Shown one piece after another: positions 18,361-26,829 of a stretch of 32,000 nt of DNA. Source of the DNA: an uncultured archaeon (GTDB lineage: Archaea; Iainarchaeota; Iainarchaeia; Iainarchaeales; CSSED10-239); contig CAZCAP010000004.1 of assembly GCA_964496765.1 (NCBI GenBank), positions 1 through 32,000 of the forward strand, in the 5' to 3' direction. The first letter of the stretch is position 1, and the number at the start of each line of letters is the position of its first letter. The notes beneath the pieces are model-generated. The model was not told the DNA's origin. It did not search any database and saw only the letters and a list, made by a program, of their open reading frames with translations. A program made the translations under genes and the position numbers.

Positions 18361-21300
18361 TTAATCTCTGTTTGATCGTTTTACAGCATCTAATATGAAA
18401 TCATAATTACTTTGGAACTTATCATCAGCACCAACCTTGTTTTCAGTTGGATCTCCCATTCCCTGATTAACATCCTTATTAACAAATTTATCAGCATCAA
18501 AATTCGATAATTTATCAAAACTCCCTTTTCCTAGTGAATTATAAATTTCATCTTTTGCTGTTGGTTTAGCTAATCCCTTATCTTTTCTCTTATTTGCAGA
18601 AACAACAACCCAAACAATAATCAACAGAATAATTAATGCAAGTACAAAAACAGTAATATAGGTTAATAATTTCTTTTTAATATTTGATGAATCAACTGTG
18701 ATATTCTCAGATGCTACCTCTCCAGATAAAATAACTGGAGATTTAAAATAAACTAATTCAAATTTGGTTACAACATCAAACTCAGTAACTGGACTTTTCT
18801 TATTATACTTAATCACAGTTGATCCTTTTGCAGGAATTGTTATAGCATACATTATTTTTGGATCACTAACTAGAACTTCAACAGGGTCAATAAATATTAA
18901 ATCTTTTATGGTTGTTGCAAATTCCTTTGGTATTTCTTCAATAAAAGTAATTGTTATTGGACTAGATGATGAATTTTTAAATTCTAATGACACAGAATAA
19001 TATTTTTGTGAATTTATTTCAATAACTATAAAATTACGATCAACTGTTATTACTCCTTGACCATACAATACATTTGTGTCTACTATAAGATTTGTATCAG
19101 ATGTTAGTAGATATAAGTCATTAGATAATTCGGTGGTATATTTACTAGAAAAGCTTTTTACTTTAATAATTGATTGATTTGGAAGTTCACCTATTATTTC
19201 TAGTATAAGATTATTTGCTTGATTATAAAGCTCATTTGCTGAAATTTCATTAATTCCAACTAATGCTTGTGCAGCTGCAATTCTTTCATAAACTGTATTT
19301 AGCTTTGTATTCACATCAAAGTTAATTGGAATTAATAGACCCTCATAAATCTCCAATTTTGAATCAAGTTCATCTAAATTTAATTTAATTGATGCTAGCA
19401 GTTCTTCTCTCTCCACCATAACTTCATTAACATTATTGAATTCGATAACAACTTCCTTGATACCCACATTTAATGCTTTATCATAGGCAAGAACCGAAAT
19501 TGTATGATTTCCGTCTTCATAGGCAAAACTATTAAAATCACAGGTGAAGTCAACTGAATTACTATCCTTCAAACAAAGTTCATCAATATCATCCATTAGA
19601 TATTGTACTTTAAACACATCATCTGATAAATCAACAGGTGTAAATGTATATACACCATTAACATCTGAATAGTTAACATCCAATGTGGGTATATTTGCGT
19701 CTGCAACAAAATCAAAGGTATCTGTTGCACTCTCATTGCTTGAATTTCGTCCAGTTATCTCAATAATACCAGTTCCACTGGTTGTAATATTATAATCTCC
19801 AGATATTTCGTTAGCTGTTGTTGCTGCTAAAATAGTTACATAACTACCTGTCCCAATTTTTATTTTAATTATTCCTGTTCCAGATAATTCTTCATCACCT
19901 ATTGCACTTATGTGAACTAAACCCTCTTTCACATAAGTTATATTATCATCCACATTCACTGGAGATACAGAAATTGTAAAACTTGGACCAAATCTTTCTG
20001 CAGTTCCAATAACTTCGGTACTTAATGCAGATTCATTGTTTGCATAGTCAACAGCAGATAATTTAAAATAATAATTCTTATCCTCGTTTGGAGAAAAGGT
20101 GTACTGTTCATAATCTGTTGTAACTTTAGTTGAAGAAATAGTAACTCCACTTCTATCAGAATAATATATATTATAATAATCAACACCACTATTGTTATCA
20201 GTTGATTGTGCCCAGGTTAATTTAATTGAACCATTAGTAAGGCTAGTTGCTTTTATGGTGGATGGAATTGATGGAGCCGTTGAATCATATTTAATTGTAT
20301 TTGATTTTCTTGTAATTGTATATGGAGAATCCTCTGATCGTGCTTCAATGTAGATTCTTTTGGTCTCGTTTGTTGTTGTACATCCATTTCCAGAAGTAAT
20401 GTTAAATTGAGTGTATTCAAAATCAGTATTATCAGAGATTTCTATCCAAGAAGTAAAGGTTGATGCATTACAACTAAATCTAAGTGCATTCACATCAGAT
20501 GAAGTGGATATCGTGAATTTTGGTGTAGAATCATTTGTATAGGTATTATCATCATCAATATCAAAAGACAAGCTTGGACCAGTGCTAATTGAATTTGCAT
20601 CTACTGCACTCTGATTCCCAGCCTTATCAACAGCAACAACACCATAATAATATCTTGTATCCATTGATTTATCAGTAGAATCCACACAACTTTTTGTTTC
20701 AGCTGCAAGAACAGTACAAATTAATGTTTCATCTTCATAACTTGTAAAATTAGAGGTTGATCTATAAACATTATATTCTAATAATCCACTTCCAGAATCT
20801 GTTGAAGTCCCCCAACTAGAAATTGTAATATTATCATCAACAGCTCTTGTTAGGCTTGGCTTAGTTGGAGTTGTAGGCCCAGTTGCATCGATCTGAACAT
20901 TAAAATCAAGAGATAAATTATTATCAACATTATCATTAACATCGAGTGCTACTTGGTAAATATTACCATCACCCCAGGTTCCTGTTTGTGAATGATAAAA
21001 TCCAAGATTTGTAAGATTATAATCCTTAGTTACTGTTGTTGAATCAGGAAGAGTTATCACCATTTTTGTTGCAACTGGAGAGCTGTCAATTCCAGAACCA
21101 GATTCAGAAATAACTACATTAATCAAAAATGTATTTGAATCAACATAATAAACAGTATTATTTGCTAATGTTCCTAAATTAAAGCTTGTAACAGTTGGTT
21201 TTGTATTATCAATATAAAGCACTTTATTAGTATCAATTACTGCTTGACTAGCACCCGCATTTCCTGCAGCATCCATAGCATCAAGAACAACATAATAATT

Positions 21301-21957
21301 ACCATCAACTAGTCCAGTTCCAATAGCAAGGTTAACTGGAGAAACATTAGAATCTTTTTGTACTTTTTTAGTGTATGCAGAACTATAACTTGAAATATTA
21401 CTTGAAGTTACAATGTATGCAAGATACTTGTTTATATAACTATCAGCATCCGTATACCCTGATGCATTTAAATTCACATCTCCTCTATAAAAGGTATTAT
21501 TGGTTGTTCCAAGAGAAGTTATTGTAAACGTTCCAATAGTTGGCTTTACATTTTCAACCTGTAGGGTATCAGATTTACCTTGCCCATTATTATCAGTAAC
21601 TGTAATGGTATCAACTTCTGCAGAAACCATGATTGGTCTTTTTGGGTATGTGGAATGATAGGTGGGAGTTAGGGCGTTAACATCAATATAAAAATTACCA
21701 GTAAAACTAGTCCCAGAAACATCCGCATTAAAATCAAAATTGCTTGCTTCCGATGAACTTATTCTTAATGGAATCAAAGAATTAGTAATTCCATTGGTGT
21801 CTGTTAAAACCCCTGTTATCGTATATGCTGTGTCGACACTTGCTGCGTTTGTTATTGACTCAACTATATTAAAAGTACTAATTGTATAAGCATGTATGTT
21901 CATTCCAAAAAATAAGGCCAATACAACTACAAAAACAAGATAATTCCTACAATTCAT
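18361..21957 (-). CDS. large secreted/membrane-anchored surface protein with fibronectin type III-like repeats
   Basis: N-terminal signal peptide, repeated NSGVDYYNIYYSDRSG...YYFKLSAVDYANNES-type modules, C-terminal TM helix then basic cytoplasmic tail. Confidence 0.85.
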   Translation of the reverse strand: MNCRNYLVFVVVLALFFGMNIHAYTISTFNIVESITNAASVDTAYTITGVLTDTNGITNSLIPLRISSSEASNFDFNADVSGTSFTGNFYIDVNALTPTYHSTYPKRPIMVSAEVDTITVTDNNGQGKSDTLQVENVKPTIGTFTITSLGTTNNTFYRGDVNLNASGYTDADSYINKYLAYIVTSSNISSYSSAYTKKVQKDSNVSPVNLAIGTGLVDGNYYVVLDAMDAAGNAGASQAVIDTNKVLYIDNTKPTVTSFNLGTLANNTVYYVDSNTFLINVVISESGSGIDSSPVATKMVITLPDSTTVTKDYNLTNLGFYHSQTGTWGDGNIYQVALDVNDNVDNNLSLDFNVQIDATGPTTPTKPSLTRAVDDNITISSWGTSTDSGSGLLEYNVYRSTSNFTSYEDETLICTVLAAETKSCVDSTDKSMDTRYYYGVVAVDKAGNQSAVDANSISTGPSLSFDIDDDNTYTNDSTPKFTISTSSDVNALRFSCNASTFTSWIEISDNTDFEYTQFNITSGNGCTTTNETKRIYIEARSEDSPYTITRKSNTIKYDSTAPSIPSTIKATSLTNGSIKLTWAQSTDNNSGVDYYNIYYSDRSGVTISSTKVTTDYEQYTFSPNEDKNYYFKLSAVDYANNESALSTEVIGTAERFGPSFTISVSPVNVDDNITYVKEGLVHISAIGDEELSGTGIIKIKIGTGSYVTILAATTANEISGDYNITTSGTGIIEITGRNSSNESATDTFDFVADANIPTLDVNYSDVNGVYTFTPVDLSDDVFKVQYLMDDIDELCLKDSNSVDFTCDFNSFAYEDGNHTISVLAYDKALNVGIKEVVIEFNNVNEVMVEREELLASIKLNLDELDSKLEIYEGLLIPINFDVNTKLNTVYERIAAAQALVGINEISANELYNQANNLILEIIGELPNQSIIKVKSFSSKYTTELSNDLYLLTSDTNLIVDTNVLYGQGVITVDRNFIVIEINSQKYYSVSLEFKNSSSSPITITFIEEIPKEFATTIKDLIFIDPVEVLVSDPKIMYAITIPAKGSTVIKYNKKSPVTEFDVVTKFELVYFKSPVILSGEVASENITVDSSNIKKKLLTYITVFVLALIILLIIVWVVVSANKRKDKGLAKPTAKDEIYNSLGKGSFDKLSNFDADKFVNKDVNQGMGDPTENKVGADDKFQSNYDFILDAVKRSNRD

Positions 21958-22089
21958 ATTTAATCAATTCAATTATTTTTTCTAGACTTTAGCTTTTAAT
22001 AAATTTAAAAGCATTTATTAAATAATTTATATATTATATTATATAGTTAATATTTAAATACATACTCTTTTACAAAAATGTGATTAAAA

Positions 22090-22827
22090 ATGATTAAAAC
22101 TATTGAAAAAAATGGAAAAAAAATAATTATTATTGGAACAGCACATATTTCTAGTAATAGTAGAGATCAGGTTAGAGAAATTATTGAGTTAGAAAAACCA
22201 GATATTGTTGGAATTGAACTGGATGCAGCTAGATTCTATGCTATGATGTCTGGGAAAAAAAGTAAAGCAAAATTTTCTGATATATTGAGAGCAAGAAAAC
22301 CCTTTCTTTTTCTTTTACAATATTTTCTTTCAAAATATCAAAAAAAAATTGCAGCTGATTTCAATATGGAACCTGGAGAAGAAATGAAGCAAGCAGCAAT
22401 CTCTGCAAAAAAGGTAGGGAGTAAAGTATTACTTGCAGACAGAGATGTAAATATTACTCTTGAAAAATTATATAAGGCGCTTACTTTCAAAGAAAAAATT
22501 AGACTATTAACTACTGGATTCAAAATGCAAAAAGAACTTGGATCAGATATATCTGTTAAGAAAATACTTAAGGAAGCAGAATCTGAGGATAGTGAATTTA
22601 TTAGAAAGATAATGGATCTTCTTGAAAAACGTCATAAAACACTAAAGACTGTATTGATTGATGAAAGAGACGAGTTTATTGCATACAATATCCAACAGGT
22701 TTTAAAAGATGAAAACGTGAACAAGATTGTTCTTGTTGTTGGTGCTGGACACCTAACAGGAATAATAAAGAACATGGATAAAGAAGATATAGATATTAAA
22801 AAAATATTAAGTATTAGAAACAAGTAA
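22090..22827 (+). CDS. TraB/PrgY domain protein
   Basis: IIGTAHIS..S, PDIVGIELD..R, VVGAGHLTGI. Confidence 0.9.
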   Translation: MIKTIEKNGKKIIIIGTAHISSNSRDQVREIIELEKPDIVGIELDAARFYAMMSGKKSKAKFSDILRARKPFLFLLQYFLSKYQKKIAADFNMEPGEEMKQAAISAKKVGSKVLLADRDVNITLEKLYKALTFKEKIRLLTTGFKMQKELGSDISVKKILKEAESEDSEFIRKIMDLLEKRHKTLKTVLIDERDEFIAYNIQQVLKDENVNKIVLVVGAGHLTGIIKNMDKEDIDIKKILSIRNK

Positions 22828-22828
22828 A

Positions 22829-22973
22829 TTCAAGATGAGGGAACCACATACACATATATTTCCGGTCAAACCTGGTGAGTTTTGTTCCCTCAACTGTCGG
22901 ATTTAGGTCGTATTGTCATCTATACTCCTATTTACAGTCTCCTAAGACCAACCACTTTTGGGTTAATCTTGAA
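22829..22973 (-). ncRNA. candidate novel structured RNA, four-way-junction fold
   Basis: Nested complementarity: TTCAAGAT 22829-22836/ATCTTGAA 22966-22973; GAGGGAAC 22837-22844/GTTCCCTC 22884-22891; ACTGT 22893-22897/ACAGT 22934-22938 with inner TAGG/CCTA and GTAT/ATAC; AACC 22950-22953/GGTT 22961-22964. Minus-strand TATA-like TTTATATATATTGG near 23005-23018. Confidence 0.5.
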
Positions 22974-23120
22974 ATCTTACAATCCAAAATAAAATAAGTC
23001 TGAACCAATATATATAAATCACACTACTTATTATGTACCAAAAAACACACGCAACAACTTATTAGTGTACACCTAAACAATATTGAAACACACAGGCGCA
23101 AATCACTCACAATTAACTAG

Positions 23121-23154
23121 AAAAAGTAAATCTAATCAACAAAGTTTACTTTTT
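23121..23154. other. 10-bp perfect inverted repeat at the 3' end of the minus-strand gene
   Basis: AAAAAGTAAA ... TTTACTTTTT overlapping the stop region of ORF 23136..23750. Confidence 0.6.
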
Positions 23155-23750
23155 GGTTTATTTAATAATTGTTCATCAAGTATATGAGAAAAAGCACCAA
23201 CCGATAAAAGTTTTTGATTACCATCAAGTGTTCTTACAATAAACTTGTGTATTGACTTTTCCTTTGGGCCAATAATAATTATATATGGAATTTTTTTTAA
23301 TTCAGCATTTCTTATTTTTTTTTTAATATCCCCTGATTGATTTTCAATTTCAATTCTTGCCCCTGTTTTTGAAAGACCAGTTTCTATTTCATTACAAAAA
23401 TTAAGCATATCATTTCCATTTGGGATTAGTTTAACATGAACTGGCAATAACCAAAAAGGAATTGAATTCATTTCCTTTTGCAATATTGCTTCTGGAATTT
23501 CATAAATATATGTTTTATCTTTATAACTAATAGAAAAATCATTCTTAATTTCAATTAACGAAGTGTTTTGAGACCCAGAAGTACTCTTATTGATGGGAAC
23601 ATCTGTGGTTTCTGAATTTTGCATAGTAGAATTAGAAACACAACTTGTATTCTTATTTGCATTTTTGAAATTATTACTTTGATAATGATTATTAAATTTG
23701 TTTTTCTTAAAAAAACTAAATCTCTGTTTTAAATTATTTGTTCGTTCCAT
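23136..23750 (-). CDS. stand-alone class II aaRS anticodon-binding (HGTP_anticodon, ThrRS/ProRS-type) domain protein
   Basis: PFWLLPVHVKLIPNGNDMLNFCNEIETGLSKTGARIEIENQSGDIKKKIRNAELKKIPYIIIIGPKEK; no motifs 1-3. ATG at 23750 with GGATGAT upstream preferred over track start 23792. Confidence 0.8.
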   Translation of the reverse strand: MERTNNLKQRFSFFKKNKFNNHYQSNNFKNANKNTSCVSNSTMQNSETTDVPINKSTSGSQNTSLIEIKNDFSISYKDKTYIYEIPEAILQKEMNSIPFWLLPVHVKLIPNGNDMLNFCNEIETGLSKTGARIEIENQSGDIKKKIRNAELKKIPYIIIIGPKEKSIHKFIVRTLDGNQKLLSVGAFSHILDEQLLNKPKSKLC

Positions 23751-23766
23751 ATAAATATCATCCAAA

Positions 23767-24303
23767 TTAAATAAACATAAATGCAAGCGCAATAAAATTA
23801 TATATTAGATGTGCAGAGAAGGTAACCCATATATTTCCTGTCTTTTGATAAAATCTTGCTAGTACAACACCCAAAACAAAGGCACCAATTATTTCTGTCA
23901 CTGAGCCATAGAGTATATGCCCACAAGCAAATAGAGCTGAAGAAATAATTACGCCCACTCTCTTAACTAAAAAACCTCTAAAAAACCATTCCTCTAAAAA
24001 CACTCTAATAACAAACAAATATATTATATAGATTGCAGACAGGGAAGTTATTTTTTCTCCAACAACAGAAAGATCCTGCACTCCAAATAAGCTTGAAACA
24101 TAACTTATTGCAAAACTTATAATAAACATCAGAAAGAAAAGAATAACTACATTTCTAATAAATATTTTCCAATCAATTCTTTTCAAACCTTGAAGTTTAA
24201 TTAATTCTTTTAATGTTACTACTTTACCATAAAAATACAAAAAGTATAATGGGAAGAATAAAAGAATGAAATCCAAAAAAAAATCATTTATTATAAAACC
24301 CAT
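23767..24303 (-). CDS. CPBP family intramembrane metalloprotease
   Basis: EEWFFRGFLVKR, ASCGHILYG-like ALFACGHILYG, FSAHLIYNF motifs. Confidence 0.88.
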   Translation of the reverse strand: MGFIINDFFLDFILLFFPLYFLYFYGKVVTLKELIKLQGLKRIDWKIFIRNVVILFFLMFIISFAISYVSSLFGVQDLSVVGEKITSLSAIYIIYLFVIRVFLEEWFFRGFLVKRVGVIISSALFACGHILYGSVTEIIGAFVLGVVLARFYQKTGNIWVTFSAHLIYNFIALAFMFI

Positions 24304-24328
24304 AATTTAAAATCTCGGAAAATTAAAT

Positions 24329-24538
24329 TCATTCCCAAATGGTCATCCCACAATTTCCGCAGGCAAACCTGGTTCTACTATCTTTTCCCTTATGTGCACC
24401 CATAAATGTTCCAGCACCACATTTAGGACAATCTTTACCTTTTCTTGTAACCTCATCACCAGTTACAGAATAAAATTTACTTTTCTTAACTTTTACACTT
24501 TCTTTATGTTTTGGTTTTCCTTTTTTTTCTTTACCCAT
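24329..24538 (-). CDS. rps27ae: ribosomal protein S27ae (eS31)
   Basis: CPKCGAGTFMGAHKGKDSRTRFACGNCGMTIWE zinc ribbon; start ATG at 24538. Confidence 0.92.
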   Translation of the reverse strand: MGKEKKGKPKHKESVKVKKSKFYSVTGDEVTRKGKDCPKCGAGTFMGAHKGKDSRTRFACGNCGMTIWE

Positions 24539-24549
24539 AATTATCACTT

Positions 24550-24984
24550 TTATTCTTTATCTTCCTTTGGCTTTTCTTCCTTTGGTTTATCTTCCTTTGG
24601 TTTATCTTCCTTTGGCTTTTCTTCCTTTGGTTTATCTTCCTTTGGCTTATCTTCCTTTGGTTTATCTTCCTTTGGCTTATCTTCCTTTGGTTTATCTTCC
24701 TTTATTGGTTCATCATGTGTTCCTGTTCTCTTTAATCTATATTCAAGCTCAATTTCTCTTAAAGCTTTCATATTATCATAAACCTTAATATATGCCTTTG
24801 AGATTTTAGTACCATAATCCTGTGATATCTTATCAATAACAATAAGCTTATCATCAATACCAAGGAGTGCGGCAATCTTTTTTTGGACCTCCTGTCTTGA
24901 AGGAGTCTTGTCAGCTCTTATTTTTGCTAAGACAGATGTTCTATGTAACAATTCATTTTTTGATTTTTCCATTTCTATTTCCAT
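24550..24984 (-). CDS. rps24e: ribosomal protein S24e with repetitive C-terminal extension
   Basis: KNELLHRTSVLAKIRADKTPSRQEVQKKIAALLGIDDKLIVIDKI core, followed by [D/E]KPKE repeats. Confidence 0.9.
   Translation of the reverse strand: MEIEMEKSKNELLHRTSVLAKIRADKTPSRQEVQKKIAALLGIDDKLIVIDKISQDYGTKISKAYIKVYDNMKALREIELEYRLKRTGTHDEPIKEDKPKEDKPKEDKPKEDKPKEDKPKEEKPKEDKPKEDKPKEEKPKEDKE
24553..24705 (-). repeat. 15-bp tandem repeats encoding [D/E]KPKE (about 9 units)
   Basis: Period-15 TCCTTTGG(T/C)TTATCT seen directly. Confidence 0.95.
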
Positions 24985-25083
24985 AATTTTTCACCTAATA
25001 GTTAATTTTCATTTTATCTTTTAGAGAGGAGATAAAAAACAAATCTACTTTCGTAAATTCATGTAACTGTTTTGAATAAATAT

Positions 25084-25308
25084 TTATCTGCTAAGTCTTA
25101 ATGCATACTTTCCTGGAGTTGTTACTTCCATTGCTTTTCCAATATCTGATTTGTCTGGATCAATGATCAGTGCGGTTCCCTTAAAGAATGTTGTGAAAAT
25201 ATTTGATCCACAAACAGGACAAACTTTAACAACTTCCTCTTTTCCTTCTTTTGTAATTTCTGTTTCTTCAACAATTTTTCTACATTTTCTACAAACTTTT
25301 TTACTCAT
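25084..25308 (-). CDS. spt4: transcription elongation factor Spt4 (RNAP subunit E'')
   Basis: CRKC...CPVCGS..., ALIIDPDKSDIGKAMEVTTPGKYALRL; SD GGTGA. Confidence 0.9.
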   Translation of the reverse strand: MSKKVCRKCRKIVEETEITKEGKEEVVKVCPVCGSNIFTTFFKGTALIIDPDKSDIGKAMEVTTPGKYALRLSR

Positions 25309-25937
25309 TTCTTTTCACCTTTCTTTTTTTTTGGTGATTTTTTTGTATCTTTCTTTGATTCTTTCTCATTATCTTTTAATTTCTTTTTTTCTTTCTTAGT
25401 ATCATATAATTGCCACTCTGGTTTACCTAACCCAAACCCTCTCATGGTTAACCCAATCTTTGTATCAGCAATTGATTTTTTAAAACTAATATTTGCAACT
25501 CTTGCAAGAACCTTATCCCCAACTATCAATGTTCTTTTACTTTCTTTTGCAACAAAACCAGGTAATTCTGGATTATAGGAATTAAAATCTTGCATTACTT
25601 GTGAAACATGACACAAACCTTCAAAAGGCCCAATACTTATGAATGCACCAAAGTCAGTTGCCTGTGTAACGTTACCTTGAACCATTTCATGAAGCTTTGG
25701 CATATAGGTTACTACCTGAAATTTAACTTTGAAAAAAACATTAGAATCACCAGGAATAATCTCACCAATATTATTTTCAAGAACATCTGTTACAAGAACG
25801 ATTAATCCAACATCTTTATCAATTACTCCTTCATAGTCTTTGCATAATTGATCAAGAATAATATCTTTTAATTCTCCAGATAAGCTTAGAGGAGAAACCG
25901 CAACAATTCCTTCAACATTGTATTTTTTATAACTCAT
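25305..25937 (-). CDS. rpo7: DNA-directed RNA polymerase subunit Rpo7 (E')
   Basis: S1 domain ...HEMVQGNVTQATDFGAFISIGPFEGLCHVSQV; overlaps Spt4 start by 4 nt; lysine-rich C-tail. Confidence 0.93.
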   Translation of the reverse strand: MSYKKYNVEGIVAVSPLSLSGELKDIILDQLCKDYEGVIDKDVGLIVLVTDVLENNIGEIIPGDSNVFFKVKFQVVTYMPKLHEMVQGNVTQATDFGAFISIGPFEGLCHVSQVMQDFNSYNPELPGFVAKESKRTLIVGDKVLARVANISFKKSIADTKIGLTMRGFGLGKPEWQLYDTKKEKKKLKDNEKESKKDTKKSPKKKKGEKK

Positions 25938-25956
25938 ATTATTTTCACCATCATCT

Positions 25957-26400
25957 TTATTCTAATATCTTATTAATTTTATTTACTCTCGTCTCGTGCC
26001 TTCCACCTTCAAAAGGGGTTATTAAAAATAATTTAACAAACTCCAAAGCCTCTTCTTTTGTAATAAATCTCGCTGGTAATGCAATTATATTTGCATTATT
26101 ATGTTCTCGTGCAAATTTTGTAATATCTTTATTCCAACAAAGGGCAGCTCTAACATCAGGATATTTATTTGCAACCATGGAAACCCCATTTCCTGTTCCA
26201 CAAATTATTATTCCTTTTTCATATTCTCCAACATTAATTGATTTAGCAAGTGGGTGAACAAAATCAGGATAATCAACACTTTCCTGTGAAAAACAACCAA
26301 AATCCTTTAAATCATACCCTTCCTTAGATAATTGTTCTTTAATATATTCTTTCATTAAAAAACCAGCATGATCCGATCCTATTGGGATTAGGTTATCCAT
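25957..26400 (-). CDS. rpiB: ribose-5-phosphate isomerase B / LacAB-type
   Basis: IPIGSDHAGFLMKEYIKEQL, GIIICGTGNGVSMVANK, ARFI. Confidence 0.93.
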   Translation of the reverse strand: MDNLIPIGSDHAGFLMKEYIKEQLSKEGYDLKDFGCFSQESVDYPDFVHPLAKSINVGEYEKGIIICGTGNGVSMVANKYPDVRAALCWNKDITKFAREHNNANIIALPARFITKEEALEFVKLFLITPFEGGRHETRVNKINKILE

Positions 26401-26421
26401 TATCTATTATCTCCTATAATT

Positions 26422-26829
26422 TTATTCTAATATTGCACCCTGTGTTTTTAGAGTAATTATCTTTGCATGTTTAAATCTTAATTTTTCTTTTAATATTTTA
26501 TCGTTCGTGTATATAATATAATCTTTACTGTAATATATTAATAAATTATCTATTTTTTGATATCTTTCACTTTTGTCCACTAATTCATTGGGAACATCTA
26601 TTACTTTATATTTCTCTTTAGCTTCAACTTTTTTTAAATATCTTAGAAGCATTTCTTTTCTTCTGGGTTTGTCCTTAAATACTTTTTCAACCTCACTATA
26701 GGTTTTATTAAGAATATAAAACTCTGCACTTGGAATTAATAGGGTAACTGCATCAAATATATCTTTTTGATTTTCATACATATAAATCAATATATTCGTA
26801 TCAATTAAAATTTTATTTGATCTGCCCAT
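26422..26829 (-). CDS. PIN domain protein (Fcf1/VapC-like archaeal type)
   Basis: ILIDTNILIYMYE, IDNLLIYYS, IIYTNDKILKEKL acidic PIN residues. Confidence 0.8.
   Translation of the reverse strand: MGRSNKILIDTNILIYMYENQKDIFDAVTLLIPSAEFYILNKTYSEVEKVFKDKPRRKEMLLRYLKKVEAKEKYKVIDVPNELVDKSERYQKIDNLLIYYSKDYIIYTNDKILKEKLRFKHAKIITLKTQGAILE

Noticed and set aside
22829-22973. Considered as SRP RNA, RNase P RNA or 5S rRNA
   Set aside because: Lacks the diagnostic conserved sequence elements of each and is too short for SRP RNA; retained as an unknown structured RNA.
24553-24705. Short regularly spaced repeats considered as CRISPR
   Set aside because: Contiguous 15-bp units in a coding frame with no unique spacers; the same applies to the 51-bp repeats at 31203-31490.
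24392-24788. Plus-strand ORFs rich in SSFGLSSFGL / LPLVYLPLAYL (24392..24781 and 24567..24788)
   Set aside because: Antisense of the S24e 15-bp repeat tail; artefact of repeat periodicity.
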